Shown: piece by piece, positions 27,220-39,749 of the stretch
Layout of the letters: each line of letters opens with the position of its first letter
Numbering within the stretch: position 1 is the first letter of the stretch
NCBI GenBank assembly: GCA_964016885.1
Contig: OZ024745.1
Location: forward strand, 18,538,001-18,602,000
Source: Eledone cirrhosa
Lineage: Eukaryota
DNA: 64,000 bases
Direction: 5' to 3'
Program-made: the position numbers and the translations under genes
Notes under the pieces: generated by a model
The model's input: the letters and a program-made list of their open reading frames with translations, nothing else
What the model was told of the DNA's origin: nothing
The model's database searches: none

Positions 27220-28514
27220 CGGAGCGTCATTAATGAAATCAACGATGCTGGGTTTAAATCACCTCTGATCTCAACATCCTGGACCGGACTGAACCTCTGG
27301 ACCCTATTTCTCCCCACTTTACCCTGAAGGATCACAAATCCAATTTCCCGAACAACCCCTCTATTCGGCTTATTAACCTCACGAAGTCCGATTTAGGTAG
27401 ACTTAGTAAAAGGATTTTAGATAGAATTATACCTGGAATTAGAAGTTTGGCCCCTCTTGCACTGTGGAATAATTCTTTCGCGTTGTTTCCAAAGGAATTT
27501 TTGTCCATTCTTCAGCTAAAACAGTCTCCAGTTCTTGTAGTGATGATTGAGGCAGGAGTAGAGGTGGTGAGTGTCTAGTGGTGTTTTATATATATAAACC
27601 AATGTAGGCAAAATATTTCTAGCCCTCTTAGATAGACACTTTCCCATAGGTCATAAATACCGCTCCATCTTTAACCGGCACAAAGTAAAACTAGGATACT
27701 CCTGCGCTAAGAACATGAAGGCCCTCATCACCAACAGCCCTAAGAGCAACACCCCACCAGGGTGGTCTTGCCGTAAGCCCGAAGCTTGTCACCTTCAAGA
27801 GAAAGGCAACACACCCGCTGTAGTTTATGAAGCCGTGGTGACTTCTAACCGACCAAATCAACCACAGAAGGTCAAATCCTATGTGGGTATGGCGGAAGGC
27901 CGATATAAGGAACGCTTCCTGAACCACGAGTCGACCTTTAGGTACCCGGACAGACGTTCATCCACAAAAACTCGGGAGCTACGTATGGCCCCTCAAGGAC
28001 TCAAGTATAGACTACTCCATTCAATGGAAAGCTATCACTAAGTCCAAGTCATACGCAAGGGGCAATCCGTCGTGTGGACTATGTATTTATGAACGAATAA
28101 ATATTCTAAAGAGATTACGCAATAGTGATTTTCTAAACACGAGCAATGAATTCTTCACACGTTTTCCACACGTCTGGATACACCTCTTGCATAATTACAA
28201 AGCTCCGGATTGAATTACAACAACATCCTAATTTTCTTATCAACTAGAAACTTTCGGACTTTCGCAGTTATCTCCCTTACACCTCTCTCACGCAATTCAG
28301 TATTGCCTGCGTGAAGGGATCGTTTCTGCGCATGCGCGTTCGTACAGTTGTCTTTCCTGTCCCGTATAACCATGTCCATTACGAGCTGACGATTCGCCAA
28401 GGTGAAACAATTGTTCTAGGTATGGTGAACGAACTGTTGTGTAACCACTTCTACCTAACTCGTCCCATTGACTGAATGCTCTACCATTACGGATATTACC
28501 TTCCAGTGTTCTAC

Positions 28515-28518
<4 letters not shown>
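27220..28518 (+). mobile_element. Internally deleted Penelope-like element (RT N-terminus, GIY-YIG endonuclease, terminal repeat with hammerhead-like motif at 28384-28417)
   Basis: LKDHKSNFP..SIRLINLTKSDLGRLSKRILDRI (~27325-27430); NVGKIFL..LDRHFP..SIFNRHKVKLGYSC; GIY-YIG-like VVYEAVV..SYVGMAEGRYKERFLNH (ORF 27715-28041); CTGACGA..GAAACAATTGTT. Confidence 0.85.
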
Positions 28519-28610
<92 letters not shown>

Positions 28611-28630
28611 TATATCTTTATATATAATAA

Positions 28631-28697
<67 letters not shown>

Positions 28698-28701
<4 letters not shown>

Positions 28702-29187
28702 GTATGAGCATAGGCCAGAGGCGGTGATGGAGAACAGTCAGGTGAAGGTGCTGTGGGATTTTAGGATACAGACGGACAAAAAACTGGAACACAATAGACC
28801 TGACCTGGTGGTTATGGACAAAGAAAAAAGATCGTGCCTGATTGTGGATGTGGCCTGCCCGTTCGACACGAGAGTGCAAGAGAAGGAGAGGGAGAAAATT
28901 AACCGATACCAGGACCTAAAGTGGGAGGTGAAAAGGATTTGGAACTGCCATGAAGTCAAAGTGATCCCGATTGTCATAGGCGCACTGGGGACTATCTCCA
29001 AAGGTTTCCAGGGATGGTTAAAGAAAATCGGCCCCTTCACGCTTTTTGGAACGCTTCAAAAGGCATGCTTGCTTGGAACAGCAAGAACCCTCCGATACGT
29101 CCTGAATATCTGAGGCTGCAGGTAGTGGCTTGATATTCAATCCAACGGACTTTCCAGTTAACCAACATCAATGACTGAGATTCAAGG
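28698..29187 (+). mobile_element. Copy 1: R4/Dong-like RLE LINE family A, 5'-truncated (endonuclease + 3'UTR)
   Basis: RPDLVVMDKEKRSCLIVDVACPFD..KINRYQDL (PD-(D/E)xK-type RLE); 3'UTR ends GAGATTCAAGG-AATAACAATAAC(AAT)n. Confidence 0.9.
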
Positions 29188-29199
29188 AATAACAATAAC

Positions 29200-29244
<45 letters not shown>

Positions 29245-29245
<1 letters not shown>

Positions 29246-31786
29246 TTTTCTTTATTAACCACAAGGGTTCACATAAAGTAGACATTAAGGACAGTACAGG
29301 ACAATACAGGACGGTACAAATGGGCATTTCTGCGTGTAAAAAAACAGAGGTTGAAATAAAATAACAAAGAAAAATTCCCCAATAGGGGGGAGACTTCCAA
29401 GGGACATTTGTGGAGAAAGCCCATTAAAAGACCACAGTGGCCCTGACCACCAGGGCAAGTGCCCTCTCCCAGTTTTCCACCTTTAATTTACAGATATATA
29501 CTCAGAGTAGGCCCATTCACTCGGGCCATTCTTGCTTCTCTCACCCATCTTTCAACAAAATGCTGGGAAGAGAGCACTTCCCTCTCTACTCTGATTTTCC
29601 TTTTCAAATGAAATTTGAAAAAGTCAATCAGAGCATCACCGAAGAGGTAAGTGCTCGTCTTCAGCCCTTTCAAACGTGTCCACCATACTATCTCTTTCGC
29701 CATGGCCACCAGACAGATAAAAACTGCCTGCCCTTCCCGGCTAAAGGAGGAGGGCGGGGCAATCCTCACGATGGACTCAGATGATAGCTGGATCCGTCCC
29801 AAACGCGACAGCAGGTGTTCGACATAAACCAATAAGTCAGCAATTTTCGGACACTGGACGAGTGCGTGCAGGACGGTTTCGTCGCCCTGCGCGCATCTCG
29901 GACATGCCCGGCTGACGGCACCTCCATGCCTGTAGAGTTTATCCCGAACTGGCAAGGCTCCTCGGTAGCACTGCCAGGCCAGAGATTTCTGGAAGTTGTC
30001 CATAGGCCCCGGCCCGAAAGTTCTTCCGAAGAGATTGGCTAGTTGATTTTCGTCGACGCCTAGAGTTTCCCCAAGTACGTCGTCGCTCTTACCCTCCACT
30101 AATCCTCTATAGAACGCCGAGGTGGAGTTTCCACCGATCACATTGCCCGATTGGTCGAGGGCTGTGAGCGCCTGAAGACATTCCAGTCTCCAGGCGCTCC
30201 CTCTCGGTCTTCGCTTGACCCAGGACTGCAGCTCCGTCAAGGAAACGAGCTGGGGAAATACGCGCCTAGCAAACGGCGACCACACCTGATCACCGTCGAG
30301 GAAGAGGTAGAGATGTCGTAGCCTGAGCGCGTGCCTGCGCATCACCAGCCACGGCATGCCCAGCCCTCCACGTAGCGGGTGTTGACAACAGATGGACCGC
30401 CTGACCATCGGAGCACGTCCCTTCCACAAAAAGCGAAAGAGCAAACGCTCCAGCGCAGTCAGGCGAGGCTTAGGACAAGGTACGACGGTCAGGCGGTAGC
30501 AGATGACAGACGCGATGTACGCGTTAGCCACCTCCGCTCGACCTTTCAGGGATAGCTTCCTCTCCGCCCATTTCTGGGTGAGAGAAGCCACCCTGCTCGT
30601 CACCTCGTCCCAGTTTTTGTCCGTCTGGAGGTCCAGACCGAACCAGACCCCTAGCAATTTAACCGGTCCGTCCGTCCAGCGTTCGACGACGCTGTTGGAC
30701 GGCATGGACCTGCCTCTCCAGGTGCCGAGCTGCAGGCCCACTGACTTTTCCTGGTTGATCATTGCTCCTGTCACCGCTTCGTATTCTCTTAGTGTAGTGC
30801 CGATCGCCTCGATGTGTTTGGCGTTCGACACCACTACGGTGACATCGTCCGCATATGCTGACACGGATCTTCCGCATCCTAGTTCGCGCGGGACTCCCCT
30901 CAACGTCTCCAGTTTGTGCAGTAATGGCTCGAGAGTCAATACGTACAAGAGGGACGAGAGGGGACATCCTTGGCGGACCGAGCGCATGATGTTGAACGGT
31001 TCCGACAGGTGACCGTTCACTCTCACCACAGAGCAGATGTCGCTGTGCATGGCAGCGATCCAGCCTCTGAAGACGGGCCCAAAGCCAGCCGCCCTCAGGA
31101 CTGCTGCTAGGTAACGATGGTCGACCCTATCGAAAGCTTTCGACTGATCTAAATTGATCAAGGACCCACCCGTGCCAGGTTCCCTAGCTACCCTCTCTAC
31201 GATGTATCGCATGAGGTGGAGGTTGTCGTGGATGGATCTGTCGGGAATGGCGCATGTCTGCGCCTCTCCCACCAGACCACCAACGACAAGCGCCAACCTC
31301 TTTGCTAGCACCTTGGCCAAAATCTTAAACTCTGTGTTTAGCAGAGTTATGGGCCGGAAATTTTCTATGTTATCCCCCTTGTTCGGATCCTTTCTCAGCA
31401 GTGCCACCGCTCCTCGGCTCACAGAACTGGGAATTCTCCCGTTCTGTTGCCAGTTGCAGTAGACGTCCGCCAAGAGGCCTCCGAACAAGTCTGGCATCTG
31501 TACGTAAAGTTCATAGGGTAGACCATCCAAACCAGGCGATTTACCCCTTGTGCAGCCAGTCATTGCCTCCCTTACTTCAGCGGCTGTTATCGGCTTTTCG
31601 CAACACTTCGCCTCAGTGGCCGAGAGCCGCGGCAGTCCGTCGAGGTAGACACTAAAGTCCATCCCTCTACCCGGCCCACCGCTGACCCCGAACAGCTGAG
31701 CGAAGTGTCGCTGAAAAGCTTCACACATTTGCCCGGGATCGAGTAGCATGCGCCCGTCGTGGTCCACCAAAGATCGTGGTCCACCA

Positions 31787-31787
<1 letters not shown>
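29245..31787 (-). mobile_element. Copy 2: Tx1-like LINE family A, 5'-truncated (RT + C-terminal zinc-finger-like region, ORF open to 29488)
   Basis: SPGLDGLP, FRPITLLN, DQSKAFDRV, QGCPLS, AYADD, GGLG, CPRC..ETVLHALVQC; AATAAA near the 3' end, then (ATT)n. Confidence 0.92.
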
Positions 31788-31846
<59 letters not shown>

Positions 31847-31847
<1 letters not shown>

Positions 31848-34391
31848 TTTTCTTTATTAACCACAAGGGTTCACATAAAGTAGACATTAAGGACAGTTTC
31901 AGGACAATACAGGACGGTACAAATGGGCATTTCTGCGTGTAAAAAAAACAGAGGTTGAAATAAAATAACAAAGAAAAATTCCCCAATAGGGGGGAGACTT
32001 CCAAGGGACATTTGTGGAGAAAGCCCATTAAAAGACCACAGTGGGCCTGACCACCAGGGCAAGTGCCCTCTCCCAGTTTTCCACCTTTAATTTACAGACA
32101 CATACTCAGAGAAGGCCCATTCATTCGGGCCATACTTGCTTCTCTCACCCATCTTTCAACAAAATGCTGGGAAGAGAGCACTTCCCTCTCTACCCTGATT
32201 TTCCTTTTCAAATGAAATTTGAAAAAGTTAATCAGGGCATCACCGAAGAGGTAAGTGCTCGTCTTCAGCCCTTTCAAACGTGTCCACCATACTATCTCTT
32301 TCGCCATGGCCACCAGACAGATAAAAACTGCCTGCCCTTCCAGGCTAAAGGAAGGGGGCGGGGCAATCCTCACGATGGACTCAGCTGATAGCTGGATCCG
32401 TCCTACACGTGACAGCAGGTGTTCGACATAAACCCACAAGTCAGCAATGCTCGGACACTGGACGAGTGCGTGCAGGACGGTTTCGTCGCCCTGCGCGCAT
32501 CTCGGACATGCCTGGCTGACGGCACCTCCATGCCTGTAGAGTTTATCCCGAACTGGCAAAGCTCCTCGGTAGCACTGCCAGGCCAGGGATTTCTGGAAGT
32601 TGTCCATAGGCCCCGGCCCGAAAGTCCTTCCGAAGAGATTGGCTAGTTGATTTTCGTCGACGCCTAGAGTTTCTCCAAGTACGTCGTCGCTCTTCCCCTC
32701 CACTAATCCCCTATAGAACGCCAAGGTGGAGTTTCCACCGATCACATTGCCCGATTGGTCGAGGACTGTGAGCGCCTGAAGACATTCCAGTCTCCAAGCG
32801 CTCCCTCTCGGTCTTCGCTTGACCCAGGACTGCAGCTCCGTCAAGGAGACGAGCTGGGGAAAAACGCGTCTTGCAAACGGCGACCACACCTGATCACCGT
32901 CGAGGAAGAGGTGGAGATGTCGTAGCCTGAGCGCGTGTCTGCGCATCATCAGCCACGGCATGCCCAGCCCTCCACGCAGCGGGTGTTGACAGCAGATGGA
33001 CCGCCTGACCATCGGAGCGCGTCCCTTCCACAAGAAGCGAAAGAGCAAACGCTCCAGCGCAGTCAGGCGGGGCTTAGGACAAGGTACGACGGTCAGGCGG
33101 TAGTAGATGACGGATGCGATGTACGCATTCGCCACCTCCGCTCGACCTTTCAGGGATAGCTTTCTCTCGGCCCATTTCTGGGTGAGAGAAGCCACCCTGC
33201 TCGTCACCTCGTCCCAGTTTTTGTCCGTCTGGAGGTCTGGACCGAACCAGACCCCTAGCAATTTAACCGGTCCGTCCGTCCAGCGCCCGACGACGCTGTT
33301 GGACGGCATGGACCTGCCTCTCCAGGTGCCGAGCTGCAGGCCCACTGACTTTTCCTGGTTGATCATTGCTCCTGTCACCGCTTCGTATTCTCTTAGTGTA
33401 GTGCCGATCGCCTCGATGTGTTTGGCGTTCGACACCACTACGGTGACATCGTCGGCATATGCTGACACGGATCTTCCGCATCCTAGTTCGCGCGGGAACC
33501 CCCCTCAACGTCTCCAGCTTGTGCAGTAATGGCTCGAGAGTCAATACGTACAATAGGGACAAGAGGGGACATCCTTGGCGGACCGAGCGCATGATGTTGA
33601 ACGGTTCCGAAAGGTGACCGTTCACTCTCACCACAGAGCAGATGTCGCTGTGCATGGCAGCGATCCAGCCTCTGAAGACGGGCCCAAAGCCAGCCGCCCT
33701 CAGGACTGCCGCTAGGTAACGATGGTCGACCCTATCGAAAGCTTTCGACTGATCTAAATTGATCAAGGACCCACCCGTGCCAGGTTCCCTAGCTACCCTC
33801 TCTACGATGTATCGCATGAGGTGGAGGTTGTCGTGGATGGATCTGTCGGGAATGGCGCATGTCTGCGCCTCTCCCACCAGACCACCAACGACAAGCGCCA
33901 ACCTCTTTGCTAGCACCTTGGCCAAAATCTTAAACTCTGTGTTTAGCAGAGTTATGGGCCGGAAATTTTCTATGTTATCCCCCTTGTTCGGATCCTTTCT
34001 CAGCAGTGCCACCGCTCCTCGGCTCACAGAACTGGGAATTCTCCCGTTCTGTTGCCAGTTGCAGTAGACGTCCGCCAAGAGGCCTCCGAACAAGTCTGGC
34101 ATCTGTACGTAAAGTTCATAGGGTAGACCATCCAAACCAGGCGATTTACCCCTTGTGCAGCCAGTCATTGCCTCCCTTACTTCAGCGGCTGTTATCGGCT
34201 TTTCGCAACACTTCGCCTCAGTGGCCGAGAGCCGCGGCAGTCCGTCGAGGTAGACACTAAAGTCCATCCCTCTACCCGGCCCACCGCTTACCCCGAACAG
34301 CTGAGCGAAGTGTCGCTGAATAGCTTCACACATTTGCCCGGGATCGAGTAGCATGCGCCCGTCGTGGTCCACCAAAGACCGTGGTCCACCA

Positions 34392-34392
<1 letters not shown>
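31847..34392 (-). mobile_element. Copy 3: Tx1-like family A, 5'-truncated at the same point as copy 2, frameshifted near 33497
   Basis: ORF2 is split (33263-34573 and 32092-33468) and has the same 5' junction as copy 2. Confidence 0.92.
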
Positions 34393-34421
<29 letters not shown>

Positions 34422-34422
<1 letters not shown>

Positions 34423-34720
34423 GGGAGAAAATTAACCGATACCAGGACCTAAAGTGGGAGGTGAAAAGGATTTGGAACTGCCATGAAGTCAAAGTGATCC
34501 CGATTGTCATAGGCGCACTGGGGACTATCTCCAAAGGTTTCCAGGGATGGTTAAAGAAAATCGGCCCCTTCACGCTTTTTGGAACGCTTCAAAAGGCATG
34601 CTTGCTTGGAACGGCAAGAACCCTCCGATACGTCCTGAATATCTGAGGCTGCAGGTAGTGGCTTGATATTCAATCCAACGGACTTTCCAGTTAACCAACA
34701 TCAATGACTGAGATTCAAGG
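34422..34720 (+). mobile_element. Copy 4: Dong-like family A 3' fragment
   Basis: REKINRYQDLKWEV...LRYVLNI* plus the same 3'UTR as copy 1. Confidence 0.9.
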
Positions 34721-34732
34721 AATAACAATAAC

Positions 34733-34765
<33 letters not shown>

Positions 34766-34767
<2 letters not shown>

Positions 34768-36660
34768 AAAGGACCAGTTGCTTATTGATAAGATGGTAAT
34801 GGGGAATTGCAGGAGGAGACACACTGATCTTGCCATGGGATGGATAGACTACAGAAAGGCATTTGACATGGTGCCTCATTCCTGGATCACCAAAAGCCTG
34901 GAGATCTTCAGGGTGGCGGATAACATCAGACAGTTGCTAGGCAGGAGTATGGGGTCCTGGGAGACAGAGCTGACATCAACTGGAGTATCCTTGGGAAGCG
35001 TGAAGATCAAGAGAGGTATCTTCCAGGGAGATAGCCTGTCCCCTCTGTTGTTTGTCCTTGCCCTGATGCCCTTGACCATTATGCTGCGAAAAGTGAGAGC
35101 AGGATACAAGTTGGGAAGGGGAGAGCTTACCATCAATCACCTCCTCTTCATGAACGATCTTAAGCTCTTCGGGAAAAGTGAGAAGGAGTTGGATGTGCTT
35201 GTTGACACTGTCCGTATTTTCAGCAGTGATATATGTATGCAGTTTGGTATTGGTAAATGTGGAGTCATTGTGATGAAGAGGGGTAGGTTGAGCAGAAGTA
35301 ACGGGATCCAGATACCAACAGGTGAGATGATAAAGGAAATTGACTCTGAGGAAGGATAGAAGTATTTGGGCGTTCTGGAGGCTGATGGCATAAACAACAA
35401 AAAAATGAAGGAATTGTTAAGAACTGAATACATTCGGAGAGTAAGGAGCGTATTGAAGTCACATCTGAACAGCAGAAATGCCATAAGCGCAGTAAATTCC
35501 CGAGCTGTGTCTATTATTAGGTACAGTGCGGGAATTCTGAGATGGAATGTTGCTGAACAAAAAGAAATGGATAGGAAGACTAGGAAACTATTGACTATCT
35601 ACAACATGTTCCACAAGAGGAGTGATGTCGATAGACTCTACCTAAGGAGATCTGAGGGTGGAAGAGGTCTTATCAGCATAGAGGACTGTGTTCAGATGGA
35701 GAAAAACAACCTATACAAATACGTGACCTATAGTAAGGAGCCAATGCTCAGAACTGTACTGAAGGAGGGGACAGTAGGCCAGGGGATGTCCAAGGAGGAA
35801 ATAACATCAAGGAGGAAGAGCAGCCTTAAGGGAAAATCCCTTCATAGTACCTTCTTTGAGAAAACTGAATTTAGAGATCCACAGACATGGAACTGGTTGA
35901 GAAGAGGAGACCTCAAAAAGGCTACAGAAGGAATGCTAATGGCTGCGCAGGAGCAGGCCCTCAAAACGAAGTGGTTGAAGCACCATATCTACAAGGAGGA
36001 GGCTAGCCCACTGTGCAGGATCTGTGGAGAGAGAGAGGAGACTGTGGCTCACATTGTGTCCGAGTGTAAACACCTAGCCCAGACCCACTATAAGGCCTGG
36101 AGACACGATGTGATGGGCAGGGTGATTCACTGGCACCTGTGCAAAGTAAACAATCTACCACATTCTGAGAAATGGTATGAGCATAGGCCAGAGGCGGTGA
36201 TGGAGAACAATCAGGTGAAGGTGCAGTGGGATTTTAGGATACAGACGGACAAAAAACTGGAACACAATAGACCTGACCTGGTGGTTGTGGACAAAGAAAA
36301 AAGATCGTGCCTGATTGTGGATGTGGCCTGCCCGTTCGACACGAGAGTGCAAGAGAAGGAGAGGGAGAAAATTAACCGATACCAGGACCTAAAGTGGGAG
36401 GTGAAAAGGATTTGGAACTGCCATGAAGTCAAAGTGATCCCGATTGTCATAGGCGCACTGGGGACTATCTCCAAAAGTTTCCAGGGATGGTTAAAGAAAA
36501 TCGGCCCCTTCACGCTTTTTGGAACGCTTCAAAAGGCATGCTTGCTTGGAACAGCAAGAACCCTCCGATACGTCCTGAATATCTGAGGCTGCAGGTAGTG
36601 GCTTGATATTCAATCCAACGGACTTTCCAGTTAACCAACATCAATGACTGAGATTCAAGG
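34766..36660 (+). mobile_element. Copy 5: Dong-like family A, 5'-truncated within RT, inactivated
   Basis: WIDYRKAFDMV, GIFQGDSLSP, LFMNDLK (catalytic D to N), in-frame TAG at 35357-35359, CCHC CRICGEREETVAHIVSEC, RHD and RLE. Confidence 0.92.
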
Positions 36661-36672
36661 AATAACAATAAC

Positions 36673-36728
<56 letters not shown>

Positions 36729-39483
36729 GATCAACATGTGACATAGACATGCTGATAGAAACAATCAAGCAAAAAGTGTCGGCCAAAGCTGCTCGTATAA
36801 GGCGCTTTGAAAAACGATCTAGATTCTATAAGGACAATAATATGTTCAAAAACAACCAAAGAAACTTCTACAGAAAAATTGGTAAGTCAACAATAACTGC
36901 TAAATCAATACCACCCAAGGAGGAAGTGCAAGAATTCTGGGAAAAGATCTGGGTCGAAGAAAAAGTTCATAACATACATGCCCCATGGATAGACAGACAA
37001 ATGAAAGAAACAGCTCACCTTGAAGAACAAACATGGGAAAATATAACAGTTGAACAGCTGCGCTTGGCTCTAAGAAAAACCAGCAAATGGAAATCCCCAG
37101 GAAAAGACAAAATACAAAACTTTTGGATAAATGCCTTCACAGAGTCTCATGAGCTGTTAGCCCAACTTTACAATGAAATAGTTAAGGAGCCAGAAAAGAT
37201 ACCATCATGGCTAGTTAACGGCATTACATTCCTGCTACCGAAGAATGATGAGACAAACAATCCCAAAAATTACAGACCGATAACCTGCTTGACCACAATG
37301 TATAAAATTTTAACATCAGTCCTAACTGAATACACATATGACCACCTGATAACAAATGACCTATTTCCCATTGAGCAGAAAGGGTGTAAACGAGGCTCAT
37401 ATGGCTGTAAGGATCAGCTTCTGGTTAACAAAATGATACTGGAAGATTGTCATAATAGACACAAAAATCTATCGATTGCTTGGATAGATTATAAAAAAGC
37501 ATTTGATAGTTTGCCACACAGTTGGATTGAAAAATGTTTAGAGATTTTCAAAATATCCCCCGTTATCAGGAGGTTTTTGTCATTCAGTATGAGGACATGG
37601 AGAACGACACTCCTTTTGAATAGTGAAACAAAATCACTGGAAGCTGGAGAAGTTAACATTAATTGTGGAATTTTTCAGGGTGACTCTTTATCACCGCTTT
37701 TATTCTGCATCGCACTTATACCATTAAGTAAAATGCTCAATGAAACAAAACATGGATATAGAGTCTATGACAAAACCATTAATCACCTGTTCTACATGGA
37801 TGACCTGAAACTATTTGCAAAAAATGATGAACAATTGCAAGGGCTATTATCCACTGTGAAGCAGTTCAGTGATGACATTAAAATGGAGTTTGGACTGGAT
37901 AAATGCGCCAAAGCAACGTTCACCAGAGGAAAGCTGCTGAAGAGTTCAGACATTAATCTTGATCGGGGGAACGTGATAAGAGAGCTTGATCAAGAACAAA
38001 CTTACAAATATCTAGGTGTTTGTGAAGGAGACGGAATCAAGCACTCGACAATGAGGGAAAGGATAAGGAAGGAATGTTACCGCAGAGTCAGAGCAATCTT
38101 AAGAACGGAATTGAATGCAAGGAATAGGATCGATGCCATAAACACGCTTGCCATACCAGTAGTAACCTACAGTTACAATGTCATCAACTGGTCAAGCACA
38201 GAGATCCGTAGGCTCGATACAAAAATCCGAAAATTCTTAACCATGCACAGAATGCATCACCCTAAGGCAGACATAGATAGAATATATCTCCCTAGGAAAG
38301 AAGGAGGACGTGGGTTAATCCAGTTAGACATTGCGTTGAAAACTGCAACAATTGGATTATCCACATATCTAAGGGAATCACATGATTGGATGATCAAACT
38401 CGTTTTGAAACACGAAAGCACCAAAAGATCATATTCCATTACAAAAGATGCACAAAGATACAGTAATGGACTACAAATTTCAGAAGCCCCATTTACTGCT
38501 GAAATGGAAAACACAGAAAAAGCAAAGCAGGTAAAAGTAACTGCAAAGAAAGAACTGCTACAGAAACTGGCTAAGAAATGGCAAGAAAAGCCTCTGTATG
38601 GAAAATACCCAGAGCGAGCTAACAATCCTGATGTTGACAAAACTTTAACCCATCAGTGGCTGGCATCCTCTGGACTGAAATCGGAGACTGAAGGACTGAT
38701 TATATCCGCACAAGATCAGTGTCTGCCAACAAAAAATTACCAAGCCAACATAATAAAAAATGGGTGCAGCCCATTATGCCGTGTATGCAAAAAACAACCA
38801 GAGACCATTGACCATATAATTTCAATGTGCAGTCCTATAGCTCCAACCGAATACCTAAACAGGCATGACAGAGCTGCACAATACATACATTGGATAATGT
38901 GCAAGCATTTTGACCTGCCCCATCAAAAGAATTGGTGGGAGCATCAACCACCTCCCATACTTGAAAAAGATCACATCTCAATCTTGTGGAACTTTAGCAT
39001 CCAAACAGACCGAAAAATAGATGCAAATAGACCTGATATAATATTGAAGGACTTTCAAAGGAGGGTATGCCTGCTAATTGATATGTCTGTTCCAATAGAC
39101 AAGAATGTATCTATAAAAACATTTGAAAAATTGAGCAAGTATAAGGACCTGGAGATAGAAATTGGAAAAATGTGGAAATTGAGAACTAAAACAATACCAG
39201 TGGTTGTAGGCGCTCTGGGAATGATACCTAAGGGGTCTAACGACTACTTATCGCAAATCCCAGGAAACCCGCGTATAGGAGAAATACAAAAGATAGTACT
39301 AATGGGAACTGCCCATATACTAAGGAAGATCCTGTCAATATAAGTACATCACAAGTCTAAACACTAAGGATGCATGTGTGAATATGTGTGTTCTTTCTTG
39401 AACATGGCGGACCTTGTTGTCTCTTGAGGTCACTGGTTGTGACTTGGTGATAACTCGTATAAACATAAAGCAAGATAAATGCA
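36729..39483 (+). mobile_element. Copy 6: Dong-like family B (distinct AT-rich family), 5'-truncated, with RT-CCHC-RLE in one open frame to 39343
   Basis: KSPGKDKI, NYRPITCL, WIDYKKAFDS, GIFQGDSLSP, FYMDDLK, CRVCKKQPETIDHIISMC, RHD, RPDIILKD..LIDMSVP..KLSKYKDL; 3'UTR differs from family A. Confidence 0.93.
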
Positions 39484-39519
<36 letters not shown>

Positions 39520-39521
<2 letters not shown>

Positions 39522-39711
39522 TCTCAAAAAGTTTCCAGAGATGGTTAAAGAAAATTGGCCCCGCCCCGCTTTTTGGTACACTTCAAAAGGCATGCTTGCT
39601 GGGAACAGCAAGTACCCTCCGATACGTCCTGAATATCTGAGGCTGCTGGTAGTGGCTTGATATTCATTTCAACAAACTTTCCAGTTAACTAACATCAATG
39701 ACTGAGACTCA
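39520..39711 (+). mobile_element. Copy 7: very short 3' fragment of Dong-like subfamily A'
   Basis: Matches the end of copy 13 (ATTGGCCCCGCC, CAAACTTTCC, GACTGAGACTCAA). Confidence 0.85.
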
Positions 39712-39747
<36 letters not shown>

Positions 39748-39749
<2 letters not shown>

